A DNA stretch of 64,000 nt from an uncultured delta proteobacterium. GTDB lineage: Bacteria; Myxococcota; Myxococcia; Myxococcales; Myxococcaceae. The notes under the pieces are model-generated. The model was not told where the DNA came from. It saw nothing but the letters and a program-made list of their open reading frames with translations, and searched no databases. The position numbers and the translations under genes are program-made. The stretch lies in contig CAVQKE010000004.1 in assembly GCA_963713045.1 (NCBI GenBank), positions 640,001 to 704,000 of the forward strand. Reading direction: 5' to 3'. Within the stretch, counting starts at the first letter, position 1, and each line of letters opens with the position of its first letter. This document shows, in pieces, positions 9,281 to 19,400 of this stretch.

Positions 9281-10480
9281 TCAGGGCCGCCACAGGGCGA
9301 CTGAGCCCCCCACCCAGCTCATTCCTTTGTTCTGGTCGACTCCCAGCATCTTTCCGCGGGAGAGCCGAACGAGGTGGATGACCGGCACCAGCGCAGGGGC
9401 ATCCGGCGGCCGCAGCAACATGACCCGCACCTCGGCCTTGACCGGCGAGCCATCCGGGGCATGAATTGCCGGCGCGTAGGTCACCTTTTCTTGGAGCACC
9501 CAGAGGTGGCGTTGCTCGGGCGGCACCCGGGCGATGTCCTCCGGCGCAACGTCGATGACGACGCCCGAACCGGCAAAGGAGAAGAGCGGCTTCAGCACGA
9601 AGCCGGAGAGGTCCTCCGGCAGGGTCTTCACCTGCGAGAGAAGGGTGGCCTTGGGCACCGCTGGATGGTTCAGGAAGGGCAGCGAATATTTGCTCCAGGG
9701 CCAATACCAGTTGGGGTGGCTGCACCACGTCACATCGAGCCGTTCATTCCAGTCGAATGGGAGCCGGTACCCCTTGCTCTCCAACTCATCGAAGACCATC
9801 CGGTTGTAGATGCGGCGGACCGGCACCAGGCGGCCGTTTTTGCGTCGAAAGAGACGCCTCCCCTCTTTCACCAGCTGCGTCGCGCACACAGCCTCGACGC
9901 CGAACAACCGCTTGGTGGCCACGAAGTCAGGAACGGTTTTCTGGCGCTCCGGCTCAAAGTCGACCAAGGCCACCGCCTCGGGAGACTCGCCTCCGAGGAT
10001 GGTGTCGCGCATCACCTGGAGGCCTTCGGCACGCGGAAGGACGAAGCAACTCCACTGTCCGGCCAGGCCGGGAATGGCTTGAAACTCGGCGCCCCAGGCG
10101 TCGGCGAAGAAGACCATCATCGCGTAGCCCGAGGGGAAGGCCTGTAGCTCGACTACCTTGCCTTCCAGGCCGCCCGAAGCGCTGGGGGTGATGGCGAAGT
10201 CCACCTGGACGCAGTTCGGCAAGGCGTCCATCTCTGGCGTGTCGTACTTCGGCGGAATGACCTTCATCAGCTCGCGCAGCAGCTCGGGCTGGGCCAGCTG
10301 CTGGACGATTTCGGTCGCACTCCGGGTGAGCGAGTCGCGGAGCGCCGGCGTCACGAAGAAGGGCGTCTCCGCCAGTGCAAACGGAATGGGGCCGAGCTGC
10401 CCCTCGAGGCGAGCGCGGTAGCGCTGGTAGAGCTCGGGAGTCCAGGCACGGTTGAATGCGGGGCGGTAGGCAGAATCCAC
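9281..10480 (-). CDS. Divergent ATP-grasp-like ligase (circularly permuted / glutathionylspermidine synthase-like)
   Basis: QVDFAI...KVVELQAFP near the N-terminus, RRIYNRMVFDEL, then VLKPLFSFAGSGV and WVLQEKVTY; GTG start VDSAYR. Confidence 0.65.
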   Translation of the reverse strand: MDSAYRPAFNRAWTPELYQRYRARLEGQLGPIPFALAETPFFVTPALRDSLTRSATEIVQQLAQPELLRELMKVIPPKYDTPEMDALPNCVQVDFAITPSASGGLEGKVVELQAFPSGYAMMVFFADAWGAEFQAIPGLAGQWSCFVLPRAEGLQVMRDTILGGESPEAVALVDFEPERQKTVPDFVATKRLFGVEAVCATQLVKEGRRLFRRKNGRLVPVRRIYNRMVFDELESKGYRLPFDWNERLDVTWCSHPNWYWPWSKYSLPFLNHPAVPKATLLSQVKTLPEDLSGFVLKPLFSFAGSGVVIDVAPEDIARVPPEQRHLWVLQEKVTYAPAIHAPDGSPVKAEVRVMLLRPPDAPALVPVIHLVRLSRGKMLGVDQNKGMSWVGGSVALWRP

Positions 10481-10493
10481 TGGGCAATGCCTC

Positions 10494-11672
10494 CTAGTGT
10501 GCCGGCCGGTCGAGGGCAGGAAGGGTGGCCGAGAAATCCCGCGCCAATCGCTGGGCGTAGTCCGCCAGAAGCGACTCCACCCGCGGCAGACTGGGCGAGC
10601 GCACCACCAGGCCGGCATGGAAGGGCTCCCGGGCGCGGAAGGCCACCTCCGAGGCGTCGTAACTCGAGAGGTCTGGATGCTCTTGACGGGCAAGCGTCAT
10701 CAGCAATCCGGCGTAGTCGCTCCGACGTGGGGGAAGCTGGTAGGCCGGGCCGTCGAGCTCGAGGTTCGCCCACTCTTCCCAGAGGTTGAGGCCGGTGGCC
10801 GCCTCCACCATGTCCGCGGTGTGCGCGCCGCCCACCCGGGCCGACGTCTCCAGCATGTACAGGGTTCCATCCGCGGTGCGGATGAATTCGACGTGGGAGA
10901 CGCCCTGCACCAGACCGAGCTCGGTAAGGACGTTGGCGTTGAGAGCGCGCAAGCCCTGGTCGACTGAGCTGCCGCGCTCTACCGTGTGCGTGCTGTAAAT
11001 GCCGCCCCCTTGGACCACGTCGAAGGGAGGCGTCCCGCAGTGGTGCACCTCAGAGAAGAGCACCTGACGGTTCTGAACAATCGAATCAACGTGGTAGACG
11101 TCGCCCGGAAGATACTTCTCCAAGAGGAAGTAGGACTGTCGGTCTTGCAGCGCGTCCAGCGTCCGCCACAGCTGTTCCGCCGACTGGACCTTGACGATGC
11201 CAGCGGCGCTGGCCTCGCTGCGGGGCTTCAACATCCACGGCGGAGGGATGGCGCCCATGAAGGCCCGTAGCTCGTCGTAATTGAGGACGTGGACGAACGG
11301 CGGAACGTCGAGGCCGGCCGCCCGGGCCCCAGTGCGCATCGCCAACTTGTCACGGAAGTATCGCGCCGTGGTGTCCCCCATTCCCGGAAGACGGAGGTGC
11401 TCACGCAGAGCTGCGGCCGTCTCAACGTCATAGTCATCGAGTGCGACGACCAGGTCAAAGAGGCGACTTCGGGCCAAATAGGCCACGCTGTGCACGGTGT
11501 GGGCCAGCGTGCTGCCGTCCGGCTGGGCGAAGACGTCGACCAGTGCATGGCGCGGCCAGGGCCTGTTCAAGAGTTTCTCTTGCGTGAAGAGGTACACCTT
11601 GGCCCCTCGTCGGTGCGCCTGCTCCAAGAAGCGCTCGCCCTTGAAGTAACTGGCGAGCGCCAACACCGTCAT
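10494..11672 (-). CDS. ATP-grasp domain protein (L-amino acid ligase / ATP-grasp_4-like)
   Basis: FRDKLAMR, WMLKPRSEASAAGI, LLEKYLPG, SHVEFI and LETSARVGGA. Confidence 0.87.
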   Translation of the reverse strand: MTVLALASYFKGERFLEQAHRRGAKVYLFTQEKLLNRPWPRHALVDVFAQPDGSTLAHTVHSVAYLARSRLFDLVVALDDYDVETAAALREHLRLPGMGDTTARYFRDKLAMRTGARAAGLDVPPFVHVLNYDELRAFMGAIPPPWMLKPRSEASAAGIVKVQSAEQLWRTLDALQDRQSYFLLEKYLPGDVYHVDSIVQNRQVLFSEVHHCGTPPFDVVQGGGIYSTHTVERGSSVDQGLRALNANVLTELGLVQGVSHVEFIRTADGTLYMLETSARVGGAHTADMVEAATGLNLWEEWANLELDGPAYQLPPRRSDYAGLLMTLARQEHPDLSSYDASEVAFRAREPFHAGLVVRSPSLPRVESLLADYAQRLARDFSATLPALDRPAH

Positions 11673-11938
11673 CGGCCGGTCTGGCAGCAATGCGAATGCC
11701 TCCCCACTCCGGACTCAGCTTCTTCGGACGGTGGCGGAATTAGCACGGACTGTCACCCAGCCGCCTTCAGAAGACCCTCTGGATGCCATGAGAGTTGTCA
11801 CAAGCCGCCACTGGGATGGCTTCATCGCGACTGGGGCGGGACCCGGCCAGCAACGGGATCGACTGCCCCGGGCCGGCCCTGCCTTGCAACTATCAGTCTG
11901 CACCGGGGTGAGTCTCAGCCTCGGGTGGCGGAGCACCG

Positions 11939-12901
11939 TCACGGCATTAACCGGCGCCCGAGCAGCGCATCCCACCGCCGCAAGGGCGCCGCTTCTGGGT
12001 CGCGCGCCAGCTGCAGCACCAGCTCCGCCATGTGGTCCACCACCCAGGCGAAGTGCTCGGGCCCGAGGGAGGCGACATCGAGGTCGGGCGCCGAATTCAT
12101 GAAGTCGATGGCATAGGGCACGCCGTCGCGGACAGCGAATTCCACCGTATTCATGTCGTAGCCGAGTGCCTCGCAGAGCAGCCGGGCCTGTTGCTCGACG
12201 CGTTCGCGGAGTGGCTCGTCGAGCGGCGGCATTGAGTCGACCGCGCCGGTGTAGCGCTCGGAGTGGGGCAAGCGGGGGTCCCACAGGGCCGGACGTACAT
12301 GCTGTTGCCCAATCACCAGGCAGCGGACGTACTGCGTCCAAGCAACCTCACTCTGCGCAATCATCGTCAAGCGACCGCTCTTGTCATACGCGGCGAGCAG
12401 CTCCTCCTTGGTGGTGACGCGCGAGACGTCGCGCCAGCCTCCCCCCCAGTGGGGCTTGATGTACAGCGGCAAGCCGAGCTCCAGCACCAGCGTGTCCCAG
12501 TCAACCCACGCCAGGTTGCGTAGCGACTCCGCTGTGACGTCCGGCCCCGGCGTCTTGTTGGGCAGAAGCACGGTGCGCGGGACAGCCACGCCAAGGGCCA
12601 AAGCCAATCCGGCGTCGAGGAATTTGTCATCCACCGTGCGCCAGAAGGGGTCGTTCACGACCCGCGTGCCGTTGAGTGCGGCGAGCTTCAGCCAGGGTTG
12701 ATAGGAGGGCACCTCGTGGGAAATGCGGTCCACCAGAACGTCATAGGGAGGCCGCACGTCAGCTCGGGGCGCCTCCAACTTCGGCAGCTCCACCTGCACT
12801 TCCGGGTCCCGCCGGGCGACCTCTGCGACGAGTGCATCGGGGAAGCTGCGCTCGCGGCCGATGAGCAACCCCACGCGGGGACGGGAGCGCCGGGCGGTCA
12901 C
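11939..12901 (-). CDS. RimK-like ATP-grasp ligase (paralogue B)
   Basis: Shares VLVDRISHEVP, VVNDPFW, DDKF, GGGW and ALGYDMNxVEFA with 7184-8164. Confidence 0.87.
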   Translation of the reverse strand: MTARRSRPRVGLLIGRERSFPDALVAEVARRDPEVQVELPKLEAPRADVRPPYDVLVDRISHEVPSYQPWLKLAALNGTRVVNDPFWRTVDDKFLDAGLALALGVAVPRTVLLPNKTPGPDVTAESLRNLAWVDWDTLVLELGLPLYIKPHWGGGWRDVSRVTTKEELLAAYDKSGRLTMIAQSEVAWTQYVRCLVIGQQHVRPALWDPRLPHSERYTGAVDSMPPLDEPLRERVEQQARLLCEALGYDMNTVEFAVRDGVPYAIDFMNSAPDLDVASLGPEHFAWVVDHMAELVLQLARDPEAAPLRRWDALLGRRLMP

Positions 12902-13659
12902 CAGCCCACCCGCTCATTCAGCGCATACGGCAGCATCCGTCGCCACCAGGGCCAGTCGTGGTTGACGTCATGTCCCCACAGGTCGAGTTGGTTGGGCAGG
13001 CCCTTGTTCCAGAGGGCCTGGCTAAAGCGGACGGAGGCATCCGGCACCTCGTAGGCACCACGTCCAGAGACAATGTACAGCGTCGCGCTGCGAAGCAACT
13101 CGAGTGCTCTCGGATTGGACAGCCCGGGAAGGTACGAAAACGGGTTGTTGAAATAGACGTTGTCGTCGCCGTACCCGTGCAAGTAGCCGGGCCCCAAGTC
13201 GTAGAAGCCGCTCATCGCGATGAGTGTGTCGAAGAGGTCCGGTCGACGGAGGACGGCGTTGGCCGCATAGAAGGCGCCGAAGCTGGCCCCGGTCGCGCCG
13301 ACGCGGGCGTTTGGGTTTTGCAAGACGCGGCGGATGTGCGGCACGACCTCCTCTTCGATGTAGCCAGAGAAGAGCGCCTGTCGCCGGGCGGCCTCTGGGG
13401 CGCTGATTTGCTCGTTCATCCACGCGTACTGATTGATGCTGTCGATACTGAACACTGTCACTCGGCCGGCGATGAGGAGCGGCTCGATGGACTTGATGAG
13501 CCACATCCGTTCTGCCTCGAGGAAGTCGCCGGAGGCGGTCGGCAGCAGCAGCAGCGCCCGCCCGAAGTGGCCGTAGCGAACGATGGGCATGTCCAGCCCA
13601 AGACGTGGACTGCGCCAGCCGAAAATTTCGCGCCGCAGTGCGGGATCGACGTAATTCAT
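12898..13659 (-). CDS. Putative esterase (alpha/beta hydrolase)
   Basis: GASFG (GxSxG) nucleophile and HDWPWW His motif; start MNYVDP after an AAAGG RBS-like sequence. Confidence 0.87.
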   Translation of the reverse strand: MNYVDPALRREIFGWRSPRLGLDMPIVRYGHFGRALLLLPTASGDFLEAERMWLIKSIEPLLIAGRVTVFSIDSINQYAWMNEQISAPEAARRQALFSGYIEEEVVPHIRRVLQNPNARVGATGASFGAFYAANAVLRRPDLFDTLIAMSGFYDLGPGYLHGYGDDNVYFNNPFSYLPGLSNPRALELLRSATLYIVSGRGAYEVPDASVRFSQALWNKGLPNQLDLWGHDVNHDWPWWRRMLPYALNERVGW

Positions 13660-13782
13660 GGAGCCTTTCCCCTTCTGGCACCCATTGTGCTGACAACCGG
13701 CAGGGCAAGGGCCAGCCCTTTTTGTGTCCCCTCCCCTCGACGGCCGCCCGCCGCTGACTATGCTGTCGGGCTGAGACCTGGA

Positions 13783-15528
13783 ATGAATAGCGCGCTCCAG
13801 CACAGGCTGACCGACGACGGCGCCGGGCCTCGGGTCCTGGCCTCGGACTGGGAATTCCGCATCGGTTCGGGAAGCGCAGCGGGTCGGGTGGTGGTGGTGC
13901 CGGCTGGGGGCGGCACCGTCGGAGCTGACCCGAGCTGTACCCTGTCGGTGCTCGGCGAAGGGGTGGCCGGCGTCCACCTTCGCCTGGTCCGACATCCTGA
14001 CGGCGCCATGGGCTGGGAGGCGGCGACGGCTGCCGCTGTCCTGCAGGAGGGCCAGCCGGCGCGCTCGGGGCCGTTGGTGGACGGCACTCGGCTTCAACTC
14101 GGCGCGTTGGTCCTGACCGTGGTGCGGCGTCCGGCGTCAGGTCTACCCTCGCTCCCGGCGGCCCCGCCGGAGCCTCCCGACCAGCTCCTGGCACCGGGAA
14201 CCGTGCTCGGGGAGCGCTACTGCATCGAGCAAGTCATCGGCCAGGGCGGAATGGGGACCGTCTACCGCGCGCAGCACCTCACTCTTGGGAAAACATTCGC
14301 CGTGAAGGTGCTCAAGGCCGTCCACAGCGCTCGGCCTGACTTCGTCGCCCGTTTCCAGCGCGAAGCAGTCGCTGCCAGCCAAATTCGTCACCCTGGCATT
14401 GTCGACGTCTTTGACTTCGGCCGTGCCGTAGAGGGCAGCGTTTACTGCGTGATGGAGTGCCTTGAGGGGGAGACGCTCGCGGCGCGCGTCGCCCACCGCG
14501 GCGCTTTGCCGGTGGCAGAGGCGGTGCGCGTGGCCCGTGACATGGCCCGCGCCCTGACAGCGGCCCACACCCAAGGCATTTTCCACCGCGACATCAAGCC
14601 GGAAAACGTGCTTCTCGTCCCCGAGGCGGGGGAGCCGGACGCGGTGAAGCTGGTCGACTTCGGCATCGCCAGGCTTGCCGACCCGACCCGCGACAGCCGC
14701 GACACCGGGGAAGGCATCATCCTCGGGACGCCGCAGTACATGTCCCCCGAGCAGGCTTCGGGGCTGGTGCAGGACGCCCGGGCCGACATCTACTCCTTAG
14801 GCGTGTTGCTGTGGGAGCTCCTCGCCGGCGCTCCTCCCTTCCACGGCGCCAGCGCGACACACGTCTTGGCCGCGCACCTTTTGGAGCCGCCACCTCGGCT
14901 TCCTCGCTCGGGGCCGCACGGTCCCATCCCCCGACGCCTCGCGCGGCTCCTCATCCGAATGATGGCCAAACGGCCCGAGGACCGACCAGCTCGGATGCAG
15001 GACGTGGTGGCCGAGTTGGATGGGATGCTCGCTGTCACTCGTCCTCGGGTGGGCTGGGCCGCCATCACCCTGGCTCTCCTTGCGGTGGTGTCAGCAGCCG
15101 GGGCGCTGGCCCTTTTCGTGGTGCGCCACCGACCGCCCTCTCGGCCACCAGTCGCCATGGCCCGGTCGCCGGCAGTCTCAGCTGCCTTCCCGGTCCTTCG
15201 AGGAGAGCCACCGCCCCCCCCAGCTCAAATCGCCCCGTCTCCAGCCGTCGCTGGCGTTCCGGCGCTGCGCGTGGCGCCCACCACCGTTTTGGTGTCCATC
15301 GCGTCCCAGCCCCCCGGTGCCGCGGTGGTGGTGGATGGCCAGCCGATGGGGACCACGCCGCTCAGCCTCCCGCTGCGACAGGGCGTGGCGGCGCACTTGA
15401 AAGTCAAACTTCCCGGCTATGCGGCCGCCTCGCGGTTGGTACGGCCCCGAGCTGGGTTAGCCGTTCAACTCCGCCTGGAGCCGCTTTCTCCTGCGCCGCT
15501 GTCGGACCTCAAGGAGTCGCCGTACTGA
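13783..15528 (+). CDS. Membrane Ser/Thr protein kinase with FHA-like N-terminus and C-terminal PEGA domain
   Basis: IGQGGMGTVY, AVKVL, HRDIKPEN, DFG and GTPQYMSPEQ; TM helix ITLALLAVVSAAGALALFVV; PEGA SQPPGAAVVVDG...GTTPL. Confidence 0.92.
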   Translation: MNSALQHRLTDDGAGPRVLASDWEFRIGSGSAAGRVVVVPAGGGTVGADPSCTLSVLGEGVAGVHLRLVRHPDGAMGWEAATAAAVLQEGQPARSGPLVDGTRLQLGALVLTVVRRPASGLPSLPAAPPEPPDQLLAPGTVLGERYCIEQVIGQGGMGTVYRAQHLTLGKTFAVKVLKAVHSARPDFVARFQREAVAASQIRHPGIVDVFDFGRAVEGSVYCVMECLEGETLAARVAHRGALPVAEAVRVARDMARALTAAHTQGIFHRDIKPENVLLVPEAGEPDAVKLVDFGIARLADPTRDSRDTGEGIILGTPQYMSPEQASGLVQDARADIYSLGVLLWELLAGAPPFHGASATHVLAAHLLEPPPRLPRSGPHGPIPRRLARLLIRMMAKRPEDRPARMQDVVAELDGMLAVTRPRVGWAAITLALLAVVSAAGALALFVVRHRPPSRPPVAMARSPAVSAAFPVLRGEPPPPPAQIAPSPAVAGVPALRVAPTTVLVSIASQPPGAAVVVDGQPMGTTPLSLPLRQGVAAHLKVKLPGYAAASRLVRPRAGLAVQLRLEPLSPAPLSDLKESPY

Positions 15529-15585
15529 GGCTGCGGGTTGGGCTAGCAGGGTGCAGGCCTCTTGGTTTAAGGCTTTCGGACGAGC

Positions 15586-16452
15586 ATGGTCGCGCTGGCT
15601 GTCGCCGTCGGGCTCCTCCTAACCACCCAGGCGGAGGAAGCGCGCGACCGCGCCCGCGACGCGTTCAGCCTAGGGCAGGAACTCTACCGCGCCGCGGACT
15701 ATGCCGGCGCGCTGGCCGCTTTCCAAACTGCGGAGGCTGCTCAGCCGAGCCCCGCCGCCGAATACAACATCGGCCGGTGCTATGAACGCTTGGGACAGCT
15801 GCCGGAGGCGGTGGCCGCCTATCAGCGCTACCTGGCCGATGCCCCCGAAGCGCCGGACCACGACGCGGTGGCAAGCCACGTCGCAGAGTTGAGAGGGCAG
15901 TTGCCACCCGAGGGGCGGCTGCGGGTGTCGGTGGAACCCCCTGGTGCCTCCGTCACCGTGGACCAAGCCCCGCCGGAGCCAGCTCCCGTTGACAAGGTGC
16001 TTCCGGCCGGACGGCACCTGGTGCTTGCAGAACTGAGCGGGTACACCCCGACCAGTCGCGAGGTGGACCTGCTGGCGGGAAGTTCCTTGGAGCTCGAATT
16101 GACGCTCCGGTCGGCTCCGGTGAGCACCGCCACCCAGGCGCCGGGCGCGGCGGTCCACCAGGAAGTCCCCGCTCCCACTCCGCCGCCCAGCGGCCAGCGG
16201 ACTTGGGCGTACGTCGCGCTCGGTGTGGCAGCGGTCGCCGTCGGCGTTGGCTTGGGCTTCGGCGCCAGCTCCAAGTCTGCCCAGGACACGTTGCAGTCGC
16301 GCATCCATACCCAGGTTGCGGCCCAGCAGCTGTATGACACCGCCAACAGCCGCGCCGTTGCGGCCAATGCCTTCTACGCTGGCGCCGTCGTGGCCGGCGC
16401 GGCGGCGGTGACTCTCTATTTCCTCGAGCCAGGCTCGAGCCACTCGCCGTGA
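15586..16452 (+). CDS. Exported TPR + PEGA domain protein with C-terminal hydrophobic helices
   Basis: Signal peptide; TPR YNIGRCYERLGQLPEAVAAYQRYL; PEGA VEPPGASVTVD; two C-terminal hydrophobic segments. Confidence 0.85.
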   Translation: MVALAVAVGLLLTTQAEEARDRARDAFSLGQELYRAADYAGALAAFQTAEAAQPSPAAEYNIGRCYERLGQLPEAVAAYQRYLADAPEAPDHDAVASHVAELRGQLPPEGRLRVSVEPPGASVTVDQAPPEPAPVDKVLPAGRHLVLAELSGYTPTSREVDLLAGSSLELELTLRSAPVSTATQAPGAAVHQEVPAPTPPPSGQRTWAYVALGVAAVAVGVGLGFGASSKSAQDTLQSRIHTQVAAQQLYDTANSRAVAANAFYAGAVVAGAAAVTLYFLEPGSSHSP

Positions 16453-19400
16453 AGAGGGGTGTCGTCGCGGCGGCCTTTTTTCTTCTGGCCGGCTGCGTCC
16501 CGCGCCTGACCGGCGCCCCTTGCCACACCGACACCAATTGCCCCGTCAACCAGTATTGCGATGGGGCGAATTGTCAGTCGGGCCCACCTCCGGCGACGCG
16601 CGTCGTCCAACTTCTGGTCAGCATTCCGGCGGAAATCCTGCCACTGGGCTCGACGGTGCAAGCCACCGCCACGGCTGTCCTTCAGTCGGGCGCCAACGAG
16701 GACGCGACGGCGATGGCCAGCTGGGGCTCGTCCAACAACCTGGTGGCCGAGGTGTCCAACGACGCTGGCTCAGCCGGCACCGTTCTCGCGGTTTCAACGG
16801 GTGAGGCCAACGTCACGGCCACTCTCGATTCGAATTCCGGGAGCGCGCACGTGGTGGTCACCGACGCTCAGCTCCTCTCGCTGGTGGTGACGGTGGACCG
16901 CCCGGTGGTGGCTCCCCTGTCGGACGTCGCCTGCACGGCAACGGGCTTCTTCACCGATGGCTCGCACGCTGACTTGAGCAGCGTCGCGAACTGGAGCAGT
17001 AGCCAGCCAGGAGTCGTTTCCGTTTCCACGACCCCAGGGAGCGTCGGGGCGCTGGTCGCCCTCTCCTCGGGAACTGCCCAAATCGCTGCCACCTACCAGC
17101 AATTCGGCAGTTCGACGACCATCACCGTCACGGGCGCGACGCTCCAGACACTCACCATTTCCCCGTTGCTGCCATACGTGACGCCCGGCCTGAACGCAGC
17201 GCTCCAAGCGACGGGACTCTTTTCCGACGGGACGGCGCAGCCAGTCACAAACAACGTGCAGTGGACTGTGGACGACCCGTCGCTTGCCTTCTTCCTCTCC
17301 TCTATCCCGGGTGAGTTGCAGGGGTATGCCCCTGGCTCCACCATGGTAGAGGCCCAAGCCGGGCTGGTGGTGGCCCAAGCTCCGCTGGTGGTGAGCGACG
17401 CCGCGCTGGCAGGCCTCGAAGTCGCCCCCGCGTTGCCGGACCCACTCGGCCTTCTGGGCACCAAGCCTTTCAACGCTTGGGGAGTCTTCGCCGACCAAGG
17501 CGTGCTTCCGCTCACCACCCAGGCCAGTTGGAGCTCCTCGACTCCACTTCTGCTGGCCGTTTCCCCCACCGCGGGAACGGCCTCAGCACTGGACGCGGGT
17601 GTGGCCAGCGTCCAGGTGACCGTCGCAGGGCTCACCGCTTCGGCCCAACAAACCATCGACGGCTCTCCTCCACGCGCCTTGCTTGTCTGGCCGCCCAACA
17701 CCCCCCTCACCGTCGGACAGCTGGCGAGTCTCGCCGCCGAGCGCGTGCTTTCTGACGGCACGGTGGACGACGCCACCGAAATGGCCGGATGGTCCTCGTC
17801 TTGCCCAAGTGTCATCCAAGTCTCCACGGGGGCACTGGGTGGAGCGCTGGTGGCCCGCTCTCCCAAAACATGCACTGCCACTGCCGAGCTCAACGGCCTT
17901 TCCAATACCGCCTCCGTCACGGCGACGGCTCGGCTGGTGGAACGGCTGGAAGTCAGTCCTGCCCAAGTCTCCCTCGGCGCCGGAGGCTGGGCGGCCCTCG
18001 CGGCGACGGCGGTCTTCGGCGACGGAAGTCTTTTGGACGTCACCCCCTTGGCTGCCTGGACAGCCTCAAACCCTGCAGTCGCCATTGCTGGCAACGGCCT
18101 CCAAGCAGGTCAAGCTTTGGCGGCCGACGCCGGCCTGTGCCAGCTCACCGCCAGCTTTGGCGGCGCCGCTGCCAGTGCGGCCATCAGCGTCGCCGTCGAC
18201 GTTCCAGCGCTTGAGCTCTGGCCCCCCCTGCTGCAAGTCCACGCTGGGACCCTGCGTCCCCTACAAAGCACCGCCGTCTGGCCCATGGGAGACGCGGTCG
18301 ATGTCACCGCGTGGACTGTCTTTGTTTCCGACAGCCCAACGGTGGCCGCCGCGTCGAATGCCGCCGGACGACGCGGACAGCTGGCCGGGTTGAGCCCGGG
18401 GACGGCCACCATCACAGCACTGTTCGGCTCTTCCTCGGCCACGGCGTCGGTGGCGGTGGACGCCACCACGGCGGATGCTGTCCGCGTCTCCGCGCCGGGC
18501 GCTCTTCCGCAGGGCGAGTCGGTGTCCGTGCACGCGCTGGCCCACTTTGTCGACGGCTCGCAGGTGGACGTCACCCGTCAAGCCAGCTGGACGTCATCCG
18601 CCACAGGCCTGCTTCGAGTTCGGGGCATCGGACCGCAGCGCGGCACCGCTGTGGCGTTGTCCCTAGGAAGCGCGGACGTTGGCGCACGCTTCGCGTCCGT
18701 CAGCGGGAGCGCGCAAGTCACCACCACCGCCGGAGGCGTGCCGTCCCTCTCCATCCAGGGCCTCCCGGCGGCAGTTCCAGCTGGGGTCCAGCTTCAGCTG
18801 GCTGCCACCGCGAGCTTTCCGGGGGCCGTCCAACAGGACGTCACTTCGCGGGCGGTTTGGACGTCCACCTCCCCAACGGTGGCTTCCGCATTCAACGGAC
18901 CGAGAGCGGGACTGGTGGTGACGCTGCTTCCCGGCGTGACACAACTGACGGCGGCCTTCGGCGGAGCGAACGCCAGTGCCTCTCTCAACGTCAGTTCTGC
19001 CAACCTCCTTGGGCTCAACATTGTCCCGGCTGGGCCCTCCGGCCCAGTTGGGATGGAAGTGCCGCTGCAAGCGCAGGGCAACTTCAGCGACGGCAGCCAA
19101 TTGGACCTAACCGCACAGGCGCGCTGGTCAAGCGCTAACCCGGCCCAAGTCGCAGTTTCCAATGGCGCCCTGACACGCGGATTCGCCATGGCGCTGATAC
19201 CGGGAAGCACCACGCTCTCGGCATTTGTGATGCGGCCAGACGGCAGCACGGTTTCGGGCAGCACGCCCTTCGTGGGCGGCGCCGCTGTGCCAGTCGGTGT
19301 CGAGGTGGTTCCGGCCAGCATCGTCCTCTCCCTCTCCAGCGGACCCTCCATTGCCCTGCAGGCAATCGCCCACTTGAGTGACGGCAGTACCCGCGACGTC

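Noticed and set aside
11700..11938. Structured RNA or precursor peptide in the gap inside the ATP-grasp cluster
   Set aside because: Only weak GC-rich pairing, and no ORF with an RBS or graspetide-like repeats.
12958..13782. Long N-terminal extension of the kinase ORF, and similar extensions at 5869, 7870, 25415, 37587-37898, 46027 and 62319-62516
   Set aside because: They overlap genuine neighbouring genes or intergenic DNA; open frames of this kind are expected in GC-rich DNA.
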